This document shows positions 52,443 to 64,000 of a DNA stretch of 64,000 nucleotides, one piece after another. Source of the stretch: Eledone cirrhosa (lineage: Eukaryota); assembly GCA_964016885.1 (NCBI GenBank), contig OZ024749.1, positions 52,142,001 through 52,206,000 on the forward strand, given 5' to 3'. The position numbers were made by a program, and so were the translations under genes. Position 1 is the stretch's first letter, and the number at the start of each line of letters is the position of its first letter. The notes under the pieces were generated by a model. It searched no databases and was not told where the DNA came from. It worked only from the letters and a program-made list of their open reading frames with translations.

Positions 52443-53841
52443 CATACAGCTGGTGTGTATACACAAGAAATTAGATTTAAAATATCCTTCATTATTGTAC
52501 AAACTTTATCCTTGATTGATTTTTTGTTTGTTTCTATTTTTCAGGTCCCATCAAACATATTATATGTTTGGCTTCCTCTTTCTTGTGTTCCTCATTCTCA
52601 TCATCACCTGTTCTGAAGCTACCATCCTACTCTGTTATTTCCACCTATGTGCTGAGGTAATTAGTTACTTTTCTTTATCTTACCTAACTATTTCAGAACA
52701 TTCTTCCACCCCCTCCCCACACCATATTCTTTCTAACATGGTTCCTATTGTTGGATGTCCGTCCTAATGTCAACCAGCACTGGAGAGGTTATGTTTTTGA
52801 CCATACATGTTTACCAGTCAAATGACAATCATTTTACAGAGTGTACTGAGTATGTTTTATCATGACACCAGCATTAGAGAGGTTGTCACGTTCTTGGCAA
52901 GATTAAAGACTACTCCTGACCTGACACAGTCTTCACTTATTCATTTACCACTTTACAGAGTGTACTGGGTGTATTTTATCATGACACCAACTCTAAAGAG
53001 GTTGTCATGTCCTTGACATCACTGAAGAGTCTTCCTTGCCCTACCTCATTTTTACCAGTCAAATGACAACCACTTTACAGAGTGTACTGGGTGTATTTTA
53101 TGACACCAGCTCTAAAGAACCCTCCTTGCCCTACTTCATTACCTCTCAAATGGCAACCATTTTACAGAGTGTACTGGGTGTATTCTATCATGACACCAGC
53201 TCTAAAGAACCCTCCTTACTTTACCTTATTACCACTTAACTACCAATTTCTATAAAGAATCTATTATATTGCAGGATTATCATTGGTGGTGGCGGTCATT
53301 TCTTACAAGTGGTTTCACAGCAATCTATTTCTTCATTTACTGTATTCATTACTATGTTACCAAACTGGAATTAGTTGGTTCTGCCAGTACTGTACTCTAC
53401 TTTGGATATATGTTAATTGTCATGTTTTTGTTCTTCCTATTAACTGGTAAGTTGATATATTTCCTTTCATTTCGTTTTAAATATACTTTAAGTTTTGCAA
53501 GGTTTTTGGCAATATTAGGACATGGTCCTCTCTAAATATAACAATTGCTATAAATGTTTAAATATATTATATTACTGTGGAAAAAAAGGATTAATTCGAC
53601 CATAATCAATATTTGTAATTTATATATTAAGACACCATATATACTTCTAAGTCATGTTTATTTTAAACTGGGGTTTTGTAGCTCCAGTATATATGTCACA
53701 CATGAATTTTGTGATAGTGTGAGGTGGTGGTGGTGATGTATTTATAACATTTTTTTCTTTCCATTTTTTCTAGGTACCATTGGATTTTTCTCCTGCTTCT
53801 GGTTTGTTTCTAAGATCTATAGTGTAGTGAAGGTAGACTAA
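31464..53841 (+). CDS. TM9SF2: Transmembrane 9 superfamily member 2 (nonaspanin), 18 exons, 650 aa
   Basis: Exons 31464-31589, 34668-34735, 35899-35992, 39072-39199, 40588-40717, 41837-41982, 42215-42311, 43154-43233, 44134-44242, 44717-44849, 48929-48990, 49442-49499, 49750-49807, 50579-50738, 51134-51285, 52545-52656, 53275-53446, 53774-53841; GT-AG, 1953 nt. Signal peptide then [63 protein letters not shown]; C-terminal KVD (KxD/E motif). Confidence 0.96.
31905..32066 (+). mobile_element. SINE, family 2 (representative; many copies)
   Basis: GAGTTCGAATCC B-box followed by conserved TTTGCCTTTCATCCTTACGGGGTCGATAAAATAAAGTA. Copies at ~4465-4885, 16830-17100, 21240-21450, 35405-35590, 56787-56975, 60560-60890 and 61185-61510, mostly on the minus strand. 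Confidence 0.8.
39516..40284 (+). mobile_element. Two copies of a LINE 3' end encoding a C2H2-like tail, with a probable non-autonomous element between them
   Basis: 39516-39650 and ~40150-40284 are near-identical (CSVCTRV(F/L)[15 protein letters not shown]), and each ends in (TA)n. Confidence 0.7.
41419..41770 (+). repeat. 38-bp minisatellite, ~9.3 copies
   Basis: Unit CTGAGATATAGGCACCATATAGT(C/T)TGGTGATAGAGAGA. Confidence 0.95.
43831..44016 (+). repeat. ~36-bp degenerate minisatellite, ~5 copies
   Basis: Unit TCAGATCAAGTCATCTGCCAGATATGTACAACAGT(T/C). Confidence 0.85.
44837..48270 (+). repeat. 39-bp tandem satellite (~88 units) containing the TM9SF2 exon-10 splice donor
   Basis: Unit TTGATAACATTAG|GTAATACACACATATCTTTATACTCC, with some 37/38-bp variants. 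The first unit overlaps the last 13 nt of exon 10. Confidence 0.97.
48411..48739 (+). repeat. 48-bp minisatellite, ~7 copies
   Basis: Unit AGAATGTCCCCCTGGTTTAACACTGCCACTACCTGGACCTTGGGTGGT. Confidence 0.95.
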
Positions 53842-53983
53842 ATGCTGCTTGTTTTCTATATTTCTGGACTGTCCCCCCCTCTTCAGCAACCATAACAACA
53901 TGGGAAGCAAGCATACACAACAGTTGAATGCATTGAATGCCAAGAAACTTTGAAAGATTTGCTTTCATTTTTTTTTTGTTCTG

Positions 53984-54266
53984 TTTTCTTATTTCTGTCA
54001 GTATCTTAAATACACCAAGTTGGGAGGGAGTGTTTATTATTTTCTTATTCCTGTCAATTTCTTAAATACACCAGGGAGGGAGTGTTTATTGTTTTCTTAT
54101 TTCTGTCAATATTTTCAATACACCAGGGAGGGGGTTGTTTATTGTTTTATTTCTGTCAATATCCTAAGTACACCAGGATGGGAGGGAGGGTTTATTTATT
54201 GTTTTATTTCTGTCAATATCTTAAGTGTACTGGGTGGGAGGGAGGGTTTATTATTGTTTTCTTATT
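53984..54266 (+). repeat. ~50-bp degenerate tandem repeat in the TM9SF2 3' UTR
   Basis: TTATTTCTGTCAATATCTTAAATACACCAGGGAGGGAGTGTTTATT-like unit, 5-6 copies, starting about 140 nt after the stop codon. Confidence 0.8.
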
Positions 54267-56031
54267 GAAAACATCTTTCTTTTCTATTTCACATCAACAT
54301 GTATCTCTAAAGTAGTCCGCAACCCTCTTTTTTTCTTTCATGCTTAAAAATAAAAAAAAACATAACTTAATAACTGGTTGTCAAGCTGCCAGCTAAAGAG
54401 TGATTATTATTTTTATGTCTTTCATCCTTCCAGGGTCGATACAATACCAGTTATGTACTGAGGGTCGATACAATTGACCCCCCCCCCCCCCCACAAATTG
54501 CTGGCCTTGTGTCTAAATTAGAAACCATTATTATTATCATTATTCAGGACGGTGGATTGGTAGAATGAGAGAGTTGAAATTGCAGTATTTAGTTTCAGCT
54601 CTTTATGTTCTGAGTTCAAATCTCACCGAAGTCACCTTGGCGTCAATAATTTAAGAGTCATGTAGAGGGGGTTTGATTTAATCAACTGATCCTTCTCCAA
54701 AGCAGTTAAGAAGAATGAGGGATTTATGAGAAATGAAGAAATATCTAAACAGTTTCTACTCTAAAACCCTCACTAAATCATCTATAATTTAAAATGCTTT
54801 GATTAACCAGGATTTCCTTATCGTTTACTTAGCTGTTATTATTATCATTCTTCCTGAAAACCTAATTTTAACAAAATGGATATCATTCTTGTAAGATACT
54901 CTAACCCTTTCATTAGCTTGTAACACTAATGAAAGGCACTGCCTATGATTTTCAATTCATTTTGAAAACAACCAAGAATTTTGAAGGGATTTACTAATGT
55001 AATTAACTTTCTCATTATCTATTTGGCATGTGAACTATAGTTATAAACACTTTAAAATAATTAATTTTGAATGATAGAGCCAGGGGTATTTTGGTATCAA
55101 AATGTTAAGCAATTATTATTTTCTTTTCTTTGGTATCCAGGTAGAAAAGAAATATATAAAGAACAAAACTATTTGGTACTTTGATGTTTTAGAGTTGTTT
55201 CTGTTATTATTGTATTGGTTGAATTACATTTTTTGTTAAGTATGTTTTTTTTAAAAAAAAAAAATTTTTACAATTTCTAACTGCTGGTTTTTAAAATCTA
55301 ATGCTAGACTTAAAGATTTCGGTAAATTGTTAAAATCATCTTAAAATTTCTTTTGTTTGCATAATTTAGTTTACAATTTAATGAGAAAATGTTAATTAAT
55401 GGCAATCTGTTTGTCTTATTAATCCTTCTGCATTTCTTCCATGTGTACATAATTAATCCCAAGCAATGCTCTGTCTTATAAATACTAAATCTCTATATTT
55501 TCAATCTAAGTGGTACTTCTTTTTTGATGAAAAGGATTTCTGTAGAGAAGGAACCAAGGTTGTCATGGTAACATTAATTTTTTTCATAAAATCGGGTGTT
55601 AAATAAAGTTTTATGTAACAAAATAATTTAAATTGCGTTTGGAGTTTTTTTCTTTTCTTTTCATATTTAACCCTTTAGCATTTACATTACTCTATATTTA
55701 CTATTGTATTTTCAATGTAAAGGCTTTACATCACATAATATCGAATCTGAGATTTTGATATTATTTATTTTGAGAACAATACCTTAACACCAGTATGAGC
55801 AGTCAGTTACAGCTGGTTTGAACAGAAAGAGGTGAGAGAATTTTGGCTGAGTTATGGCAAAATTGTGTGGCAGTAGTATGACATTTGCAATAGAATTAAT
55901 TAATATGGCCACACCAGACTTGTAGATAAGCTGCAGTTCTTTACTAAAGTTGTGCATAAGTTGCATATGACATACGTGCTGAACCTCGCAAGGGAGAGTA
56001 GTGTGACATGAGTAAATATATAGTAAATTAA

Positions 56032-56079
<48 letters not shown>

Positions 56080-56201
56080 ACAATGGTAGGTAGTCTGAGT
56101 ATAAATGGTAAATTAAAAGACTTCAAATAATATAATTTATATGAAACACTGTAAAATATGTGGTTAGGATGGTTTTGGAAAAGCTAATACAAGCCATGAC
56201 T

Positions 56202-59200
56202 TCAAATATTTTTAAAGTCCGAGAAAAGCAAGAAATCTTGAAAAGATTTTGGTAAAGGAAGCTTTGAGACGTTATGGTAAAATAATCGGCCGAGGTAATG
56301 ACGTATCCATATTCTACTGATTTGTAGAAGTGTTAGGGGTTGGTGAATAAAAGAAAACCAATCATTTCTATCCTCATCTGTCCATTGAGCAGTGATCTCT
56401 TCAGAATTCTGCAGATAATATCGGATGTGATCTTTATCAAAACCAATCAATACGAATTGTTTAATTACTTTTTTGGCTCCTTTAAGAAATGCAAGTCTAA
56501 CAGGGCATGAGGTTTCTGGGGCTTGAGAAGGACAATTGTAAGAATTGAGGTGGCTATTGTACTTTAACAATGACTCCACAGCCTCAAACCGTCCACTGTT
56601 CAAGGCATACCACAAAGGTGTGCGATATTCATTGTCCAAGACATTCATATCCAGGCCAGCTTCTAACATATCTTCAATGCACTCAGTGTGACCTAAAATA
56701 TAAAGAAGACAATGTTAAAAGATGCTTGTTTACTCATTTACTTAGAATGTACTGCTCCAGCATGTGTAAAGTGGTTGGCAATTGAGTAATAATTGTTTCT
56801 ACTTTTGGCACAAGGCCAGCAATTACCCCAGTGCATTACTGGTACTTTATTTTATCGACCCTGTAAGGATGAAAGGCAAAGTTAACTTTGACGGGATTTG
56901 AACTCAGATCATAAAGGGACGTAACTCTATGCTTCAAAGCATGGTGTCCGACTCTACCGATACTGCCAATCCTGACGCTATTGAGTAATAATATAGGGTA
57001 GAGAGAGTTACTCTTCTATCTGGTGGAGCATATGACAATCTCTTGAGTGTTGCTGACAGCCAGTACACATCTGATTGATTTTAGAAAGGCCATCCAGCTA
57101 TAACAATTATGCCAAACATAGAACATATGTGTAAGATAAGATCTTTCTAACCCATTGTTGTGGTGAAAAATACCCTGAATATCCCTGCATAACTAAAAGT
57201 GGACTAGGCGAAAAGCATATAAAAAAAGAACTGAGCTGTCAGGTAGACTGTGTGTATGGAGTCTCTCGTTGGCAGTTCGGAATTACGTCTGGTGAATACG
57301 TTGGGTGTTACCCTCGTACAGATATACAAATAGATGTGTCACACCATTATAACACATATCTTGGCCAATTCCATACCAGTATAGAAAGAAGACATTAAAT
57401 AATTGTTTCTACTTTTGGCACAAGTGTATTACTGGTACTTTATTTTATCGACCCCGTAAGGATGAAAGGCAATAGATAGATATTTACCTTTCAATGCAAT
57501 GATGTGCATGGCTGTTTTTTGAGCTGAAGAGCTGTCCTTCATGTTAACATCACACTTAGCCTTTGTTAAAAGATGTATAACCTTTGAGAACCCTTCAATA
57601 GCTGCCAACATGAGAGGTGTGCTACCATTGTTATTGTAGATGTTAGGGTTTGCTCCTGCTTTCAACAGTTGTTTCACCCCAGTTGCTGTATGTGCTGCGT
57701 AATGTAAAGCTGTCCAGCCATAACTATCTGTGGCGTTCACATCACAGTCTGGTCGAGAAAGAACTTCCTCTAGGATTAAATATTTCTTTTTTGCAACTGG
57801 AAATAGAAAGTTTATACATTATATTTTAATTCATCAATGAATAATTTGAAATTACTAAAATTATCACATTGTATCTTATTTTCTGTATATCAAGTTGGGC
57901 TACTTTCCTGATAAGATCAGGGTCCTGTCTTCTTTCTTGCTTGCCAAGACTTTAGTTTTATCCAAGATTAGTCTAAGCCCATTGGAAAGTTCTGTTTCCA
58001 AAGCCAGACTTTTTCTAGCTCTTCCACTGATTTGGCTATAAGAATCAGGTTGTCACCATACAGAAGTTCCCATGGACAACCTGTCTTAAACTCTTCTGTT
58101 ATGGCCTGGAGAACTATTAATAATAATGAAAATTATTGAGTACAGTGCTCAGGTGCACTACAACTCATTAAAGGTGCATATATAGTACATAGAATAATGT
58201 ACAAATGCCATAAAAGTTAACAGTGTATGAATCACGATATACTAACAGATACATATAAACAAATGGAGTGAGTTTAACTGTCACTGTTTATATTCAACTG
58301 AAGAGCTCATATCAGTGTCAAACCCTATCATTACATAACAATTGTCAATGAGTGAAACATGTAATGAAAAATAAGCACATGTAAAATTGATATTACACTC
58401 CCCCATGTATGTATACATATATATATATGTGTGTGTGTGTATGTGTGCATTAAAAACTAAAAAACTACCTACCTGCAATAATGAGAGGTGTGCTTTGTTC
58501 AGGATCTCTGGAATTGATATCAACTCCATTGTCTAAGAGGATCTGGATACATTCTAGACGGTTCTTGCGTGCAGCCACATGAATGGCAGCATTCCCACTG
58601 TTAGCTGAAATATAACAGTCACATTTCGCTTGAATTAAAGCTCTTATAATATCCAGTTTGTTTTCTCTGGTAGCCAAGATTAATGGAGTTTCTCCTGAAC
58701 CATTTCGACAGTTAATATCGGCACCTGCTTTAATCAGACAGTTTGTACATTCCACATGACCTTTTTCTGAAGACAGAAGTAAAGCTTCCTTCAAGTCCTT
58801 CTCTGTTACACCACCTGGCCCCTCTAACAGCAACGACAAAATACGTTGGTTGTTCTGCCTCACACAACTAACCACACTGGAAGAAAAGTAGAAAACACAA
58901 TTTATTGGAGCCTTTTAAAAACAAATGTATTTTAAACTATTTTAATTAGGGAGGGAATTGCAACACTTCTGGAACTGATGAGCGGAGGGATCCTAAAACC
59001 AGTGACCTAGTTAGGGTCAGATTAGGGAATGGATCTGATTAGACTGTAACCAGAGCTCCACAATATTTAAAGGGCCCTAAATTAATGTTTATGCTACCAT
59101 AAATAATATTCAGAGGCCACAAAGAAATTTTTCAGCTTGGGTCCCTAAAGAAGTTTAACCCACTCTTGAACCTGACACAAATGCTTACAACAGAGTGGAG

Positions 59201-60336
59201 TGTCCCCAAGGGCCTAGTACCAGATTTCACAGCTTTAGCATCACTCCTTCATAGTAAGCCTATGACCAAGATACTCTCATGGAATGACCAAATGAGGTTT
59301 ATTTTTCAAACAATGCAGTTATTGATAAGAAGAGTTGAAATAAATGCATGCAAGATTTCACAGCTCTAGCATTTATATATATATATATATATAACGAAGG
59401 AAATGTGGTAAGGAACCAGGTGGACCATAACGCACCAAAGTACTCAATACTTAGGGTAGTAGAGTGGGTAATAGGAACAAGTAAGACCCCGACGGCTGAG
59501 CTCAAGCCGTTTCGACGGCTAATTCTGTACTATATATATATATAGATATCTAGCTGCCGAAAGGGCCGGAACTCAGCCGTCGGGGGTCCTGACTCTTTTC
59601 ATATATATATATATATATTGATAATCGATTGACAAGATCCCAGACCAAGGAAACAGTGTTTCCATTGGTCTTTCCAATTGCTAATACTATCTCCCGGTCG
59701 CATCTCCAGGCAGAAGGAGCAACGTGAAATAAAGTGTGTTACTCACAAACTCACGATTGCGAATCAAGAGCTCAGTCGTCGGGCTCCAACTCTCTGATAT
59801 TTATATATATACACACAGTACTGTTAGGCAGTAGCAGAACGAAAGCACCTGACATATTTCTCAATATAAATAGAAACGGTACAGGTAGAGGCAGGTAAGA
59901 GGTTTCAATACAACTTGAGAAGCTACCTAATTAAGGAATACTCTAACTTCAGCCAGGTAAAAATATTTAGTGACATTAAATTAGAAGACTTTTTCTTCTC
60001 AATAAATAATAATTTGGTTCTGAGCTGACTTCTGCGGGGATTCGTCGGCAAACTTGTGAAGATATAAAAACAACAACAACAACACATACACTTTCTCTCT
60101 CTCCATTTCTCCCCTCCCCCCTCTCTGTCTCCATTTCTCTCTCTCTATGCGAGTGTGTGTGTGTATCTTATTGACGGCTGTGACAAATAAAAACTTTTTT
60201 CTTTCTCTCAAAAGTTGTTATTGAAAATGTCTGACTACTATCTTTCGATATTATTATTCCACCCTGTTTCACACGAAATAGGTTAAAATAGTCAGTGAAA
60301 TACAAGATAGATAAGACAAGGTTCTTACCTCACCAT
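56202..60336 (-). CDS. Ankyrin repeat and SOCS box-containing protein (ASB-like), about 403 aa
   Basis: Exons 58876-58473, 57796-57488 and 56692-56202 join in frame (phases 2/1/1). They encode multiple ankyrin repeats (GETPLILA, GNAAIHVAA, GWTALHYAA, GSTPLMLAA, RTPLWYA) and a C-terminal SOCS box (PLTLLQISRIWIRHYL...SKLPLPKSFQDFL). The proposed start exon 60336-60329 (ATG GTG AG|GTAAG, phase 2) is less certain. Confidence 0.85.
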
Positions 60337-62017
60337 CTTCTAAGGTGGAATAAGACAGAATAACAACCAAATTGTTGTCTTATTCTGATGGAACTGTTTT
60401 ATATGGATGGACAGAAGTATCATCACTGACGTTGACAGAATCGGTTTGTGTTGTGTACTGTAGGAAGACAATTCTAGGTAAAAGTGGAGATTTGCGGCAT
60501 AATTTAACATGAAATTAACGATTAATGGGGAATGTAAATAATAATAATAATTATTATTATTATTTCTACTTTAGGCACACGGCCAACAATTTGTATAACT
60601 CGTGCTTTTATTTTATCGACCCCATAAGGATGAAAAGCAAAGCTAACTTCGGCGGGATTTGATCTCAGAACGTAAAGGGCCATAACTCTAATGATGATAA
60701 TAATTGTTTCTACTTTTGGCACAAGGACAGCAATTACCTAGTATATTACTGGTACTTTACTTTATCGACCCCGTAAGGATGAAAAGCAAAGTTAACCTTG
60801 GAGGGATTTGAACTCAGTCCGTAAAGGGACGTAACTCTATGCTAGAAGGCGTCCGACCTTCTACTGATACTGCCAATCCACTGCCCTTTATGATAATAAT
60901 TATGTTTTCTTTATTAACCATAAAAAAGATTACAAAAAATAAATCAAGGACAGCACAGGGTGGTACAAATATGGGGTTCTGCGTGTAAAAAAACCCAACG
61001 AAACAAAACAAAAGGAAACAAAAGATGTAACAAAAAAATTGGAAACAAAGGAAAAATCCCCAATAGAGGGGAGACAACCGAGGATTACTCGGGGAGAAAA
61101 CCCAGAAAAGCCACGGCCATCCTGTCCGGTAGGGCAAGCGATCTCTCCCAGTTGTCCTCCTACGATACTACAGGCACACCCTCTAATTTAGGCACAAGGC
61201 CAACAATTTTTGGAGTGAGGGCAAAGTCGATTAAATCGACTCCAGTACATTACTGGTACTTTGTTTTATCAACCCCGTAAGGATGAAAGACAAAGCAAAC
61301 CTCGGCAGGAATAATAATAATAATTGTTTCTACTTTTGGCACAAGGCCAGCAATTATCCCAGTACATTACTGGTACTTTATTTTATCGACCCCGTAAGGA
61401 TGAAAAGGCAAAGTTAACCTTGGCGGGATTTGAACTCAGAACGTAAAGGGACGTAACTCTATGCTAGAAAGCATGGCGTCCGACCCTCTACCGATACTGC
61501 CAACCCACGGCCCTAGGAATAATAATAATAATAACTTGGCTTTCTTGAATTACCAAAACGAATAAGTTACATTTTAGCGTGTATTTCATTAACGCAATTA
61601 AACGATGTTATGGTAATTAGAAATGTCTGCTCTTTTTGTCATGTTTATATCACCAGTGAACATGATGATGATGATAATGATGATGATGATGATGATTACC
61701 ACCACCACCACCACTATCACCACTATCACCACCACCACCACCACCACCATCATCATTAGCATCAGTATTTTGTGCAAGTGACATCTAGGGTTCCAATCAT
61801 GCTGGAATGTCACTTTGCATCAAACTTCTTCTTCTTCTCTCACTTATTCCTGAGAGGGTGGGGGATGGGGGGGGGGGACAGAGTCCTCAAACCCTCCCCC
61901 CAACAGGTCCTGTCAGAAGCAGCTGTCTCCAACTGATCCGGCAGGGTAACCAATAAAATAAGTGTATCAGTAAAGTAACGTGATAGATTCTACCCCTCAT
62001 ACCCATATAAACACACC

Positions 62018-62283
62018 TACTGCACCCTTATGCGCCCTGATGTACTCTGATGTACCCTGCTACACCCTTCTGTATCCTGCTGCACCCTTCTACATCCTGA
62101 TGTACCCTACTGCACCCTGATGTACCCTACTGCACCCTTCTACATCCTGATGTACCCTACTGCACCCTGATGTACCCTACTGTACCCTACTGCACCCTGA
62201 TGTACCCTGCTGCACCCTACTGCACCCTTCTGTACTCTGATGTACCCAGATGCACCCTGATGTACCCGGATGTACCCTGCTAC
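62018..62283 (+). repeat. 10-bp-period low-complexity repeat
   Basis: TGCACCCTGA / TGTACCCTAC / TGCACCCTTC variants in tandem. Confidence 0.85.
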
Positions 62284-62699
62284 CAATTTATCAAATCAAT
62301 ATTATTTGCTTCCAAAAATAGAAAGATGAAAATTAACGTCTTTGATGAGCATCATTTGCAATTCCCATCTCTGAATATAATTTCATATTTCCCCTCACAA
62401 ACCCTTGCTAGCACAGAAGACAGATATTAGATGGTGATGATGATGATTTCCTGCCAAGAGCAACCCCCCCTCCCAACCTCCATTATTCAAATCAAATGTA
62501 TTTTATATCTATATTTTATTTCATGTGTAATGTATGATATCTCTCAATGTTTACAAGCAATTAAAATAATTTAGACAGTATAGTGTTAATTAGTCCCCCC
62601 CCCCCCACCCTCCTCCTTCTCCACCTCATCATTAGTAATTGAAGCTGGTCTGATTAACCTATTTCATATCAAAATGTTTGAATCAGTCAAGAGGTAGCG

Positions 62700-63347
62700 T
62701 TAGCCGTTTGATACCAAACTACCTAAAACTGCCTCTGGTTCTACAATACAAAACTGTTTATTTAAAAGTTTCTATCATCATCATCATCATCATCATCACC
62801 GTTTTACGTCCGTTCTTCCACGCTAGCATGGGTTAGACGGGTTGTCCTGTTGTGGGCAGTGTCTGGTCGGCTTTATCTAAAAGCTTACCATCACATTAAC
62901 TTTATGTAAGAACCTTTGTTAAGCTATGTTCCAAACACCAGCTCAATACTGATAAAGTTACTTATATTACTAAATTCCTCCAACTTCTTGGTTGTTTTCA
63001 AAATTATATGAAAACTACTGCCAATGTTTTCATTAGAAATATGGTAATGAAAGGGTTAAAGACATAGACAGTGTCTTTCATTAGAAATATGGTAATGAAA
63101 GGGTTAAAGACATAGACAGTGTGTTTCATTAGAAATATGGTAATGAAATTGTTAATGACATAGACAGTGTGTTTCATTAGAAATATGGTAATGAAAGGGT
63201 TAAAGACATAGACAGTGTCTTTCATTAGAAATATGGTAATGAAATTGCTAATGACATAGACAGTGTGTTTCATTAGAAATATGGTAATGAAATTGCTAAT
63301 GACGTAGACAGTGTCTTTCATTAGAAATATGGTAGTGAAAGGGTTAA
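62700..63347. mobile_element. piggyBac-like MITE, family B, with a nested SINE fragment and amplified right end
   Basis: Left end TTAGCCGTTTGATACC resembles TTAACCCTTTTGATACC at 21739 and a similar end at ~8681. Right end is GAAAGGGTTAA. A SINE 3' piece is inserted at ~62774-62872. Confidence 0.65.
63028..63347 (+). repeat. 48-bp minisatellite, ~6.7 copies, derived from a MITE end
   Basis: Unit TTTCATTAGAAATATGGTAATGAAAGGGTTAAAGACATAGACAGTGT(C/G). Confidence 0.9.
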
Positions 63348-63608
63348 TGTCTTCCTAGTTCTAGTGGGTAGAGAGATAACCCCCTCCCCACAAAAATAAG
63401 CAGTAGGTTCAGACTAAATGTTTTGTAATATTTAGTTCCACCCTAAAGTATTCCAACTTCCCTAGTGGTCAAATGTTCTTACTGTAATGGTCAGGGTTTT
63501 ATTCCCTGCTTGGTCAGCAACAGGTAGTGAGATGTTATGTCAGTAAAAACCTATCAAACCCACACAATCTTAGGGTGTGGGGTGTGAGGGAATGATGCTG
63601 AATTTATT

Positions 63609-63890
63609 ATGATGTCAATTATGATGGTGAAGATGGTGGTGATGATGATGATGATGGTGAGGATGATGAAGATGATGGTGATGACGATAATGATGATGAT
63701 GGTAATCGTGATGATGGTGATGCTGCTGATGATGATGGTAATGGTGATGACGATGATGATGGTGATAATAATGTTGATGATGATGATACTGATGATAAAG
63801 ATGATGACAACAATGATGATTACGGTGATGATGATGATGATGATGATGATGATGAGAGTGATGATGATGATGATGATGATGATGTTATTA
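63609..63890 (+). repeat. Imperfect (GAT)n microsatellite
   Basis: Long GAT/GGT trinucleotide run. It explains the poly-M, poly-I and poly-S ORFs. Confidence 0.95.
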
Positions 63891-64000
63891 ATGACTCCAT
63901 TCGTCCTTTTATCAGAAATCAATAATTTTTTACTGTGTAAAAAGTTTTACTGATCAGATAAGTTAGATCAGGGTTTGTATTTGTCTGGTGTAATAAAAAC

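Noticed and set aside
58975-59010. CTGATGA motifs at 58975, 14628 and 25781 (-) as hammerheads
   Set aside because: None has a properly placed stem II plus GAAA.
63554-63953. Poly-Met, poly-Ile and poly-Ser ORFs
   Set aside because: These come from the (GAT)n microsatellite.

Overview
AT-rich eukaryotic genomic DNA, dense in (TA)n/(CA)n/(CAT)n microsatellites and tRNA-derived SINEs. The repeat landscape looks like an octopod cephalopod (inference). Five intron-containing genes could be reconstructed by hand, all with GT-AG junctions and continuous frames: importin-alpha exon 1 (-, runs off the left edge), RABL2 (-, 8 exons), TAF9 (+, 6 exons, head-to-head with RABL2), TM9SF2 (+, 18 exons) and an ankyrin-repeat/SOCS-box gene (-). 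Most ORFs in the supplied track are microsatellite, minisatellite or SINE artefacts. The notable non-genic signals are four. (1) A ~3.4-kb, 39-bp satellite made by tandem amplification of the TM9SF2 exon-10 splice donor itself (~88 AG|GT copies), with a second donor echo at exon 13. (2) Several distinct minimal hammerhead-ribozyme motifs and fold-back elements in or beside (TA)n tracts, resembling Penelope-like element relics. (3) Minisatellites derived from MITE termini. (4) An RFX X-box in RABL2 intron 1. Coordinates were counted by eye and no database search was possible.
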